64,000 nt of DNA from Gemmatimonadales bacterium (lineage in GTDB: Bacteria; Gemmatimonadota; Gemmatimonadetes; Gemmatimonadales; GWC2-71-9), in contig DATLBL010000001.1 in assembly GCA_035526925.1 (NCBI GenBank), positions 11,602 through 75,601 on the forward strand, given 5' to 3'. The position numbers and the translations under genes are program-made. Below, piece after piece: positions 63,669 to 64,000 of the stretch (positions within the stretch are counted from its first letter, which is position 1; each line of letters starts with the position of its first letter). The notes below the pieces were generated by a model that saw only the letters and a program-made list of their open reading frames with translations, was not told the DNA's origin and made no database searches.

Positions 63669-64000
63669 TCGCCCGGATCGTCCTGGTGGTCCTGGTGGCG
63701 GCCGCCCTGGCCGCATTCACCTACCTGCGTCTCGAACGCACCGGCGTTCGAGGCTGGATCCCGCTGCTCTGTCGAGCGGTCGCCGGGAGCGCGCTCGGCT
63801 TTCTGCTTCTCAACGTGAGCTGCCCGGTCGCCGGCGCCCCACAACGACCACTCGTGCTGCTCGATGCGTCGCTCAGCCTCTCGGCGCCAGGCGCCCGCTG
63901 GCGCGAGGCGCGCGATTCCGCCGCCCGATGGGGTGAGGTGCGCCGCTTCGGTGACGAGCGGTCCGTGGCGGACACAGCGCCGAGCCGCGGTCGCTCGCTG
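63665..64000 (+). CDS. Membrane protein, 3' end cut by the window edge (double-TM N-terminus, possible vWA/BatA-like)
   Basis: Translated by hand; it is not in the supplied track because it has no stop. MIARIVLVVLVAAALAAFTY...WIPLLCRAVAGSALGFLLLNV, then LVLLDASLSLS (DxSxS-like). ATGA overlap with the hisA stop. 112 codons with no stop. Confidence 0.5.
   Translation, partial: MIARIVLVVLVAAALAAFTYLRLERTGVRGWIPLLCRAVAGSALGFLLLNVSCPVAGAPQRPLVLLDASLSLSAPGARWREARDSAARWGEVRRFGDERSVADTAPSRGRSL

Overview
GC-rich bacterial chromosomal window, roughly two-thirds or more G+C by eye (not computed). Every feature I can support lies on the + strand: about 55 CDS, 2 tRNAs and 1 strong intrinsic terminator. 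The many long minus-strand ORFs in the track look like GC3-driven antisense artefacts. Genes are tightly packed, with many 1-4 nt ATGA/GTGA start-stop overlaps.

Gene order:
(i) Partial Ser/Thr kinase, a CYTH-like::PPK1 fusion, an Omp85-type outer-membrane protein and a hybrid histidine kinase.
(ii) tilS-hpt-ftsH-folP-cdaA-DUF2723.
(iii) yggS-PNP-ileS-dksA/traR-lspA-rluD.
(iv) A ~17 kb, 18-gene chemosensory cluster (25.9-43.0 kb): cheW-cheY-cheA-cheC ... cheR-cheD-cheB-cheW-cheW. Its middle carries an MglA/MglB Ras-like GTPase module, two further Roadblock/LC7 proteins, two DUF4388(PATAN)-TPR proteins, large TPR proteins and a protein built from two tandem DnaA-type AAA+ modules with no DNA-binding domain. 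No MCP is encoded in the cluster.
(v) An HExxH protein, a small membrane protein, tRNA-Val, a secreted TPR-like protein and tRNA-Asp with its terminator.
(vi) A dcw cluster: rsmH-ftsL-ftsI-murE-murF-mraY-murD-ftsW-murG-murC-ftsQ-ftsA-ftsZ.
(vii) An M23 peptidase, hisA and a partial membrane/vWA-like gene.

I saw no rRNA, CRISPR array, transposase or integrase, prophage or recognisable defence genes.

The best candidate for something new is the Che-MglA-Roadblock-PATAN-DnaA-like supercluster, in particular the tandem DnaA-domain-III ATPase. Novelty cannot be established without database searches, which I could not run. All family assignments come from reading motifs in the translations, not from searches.
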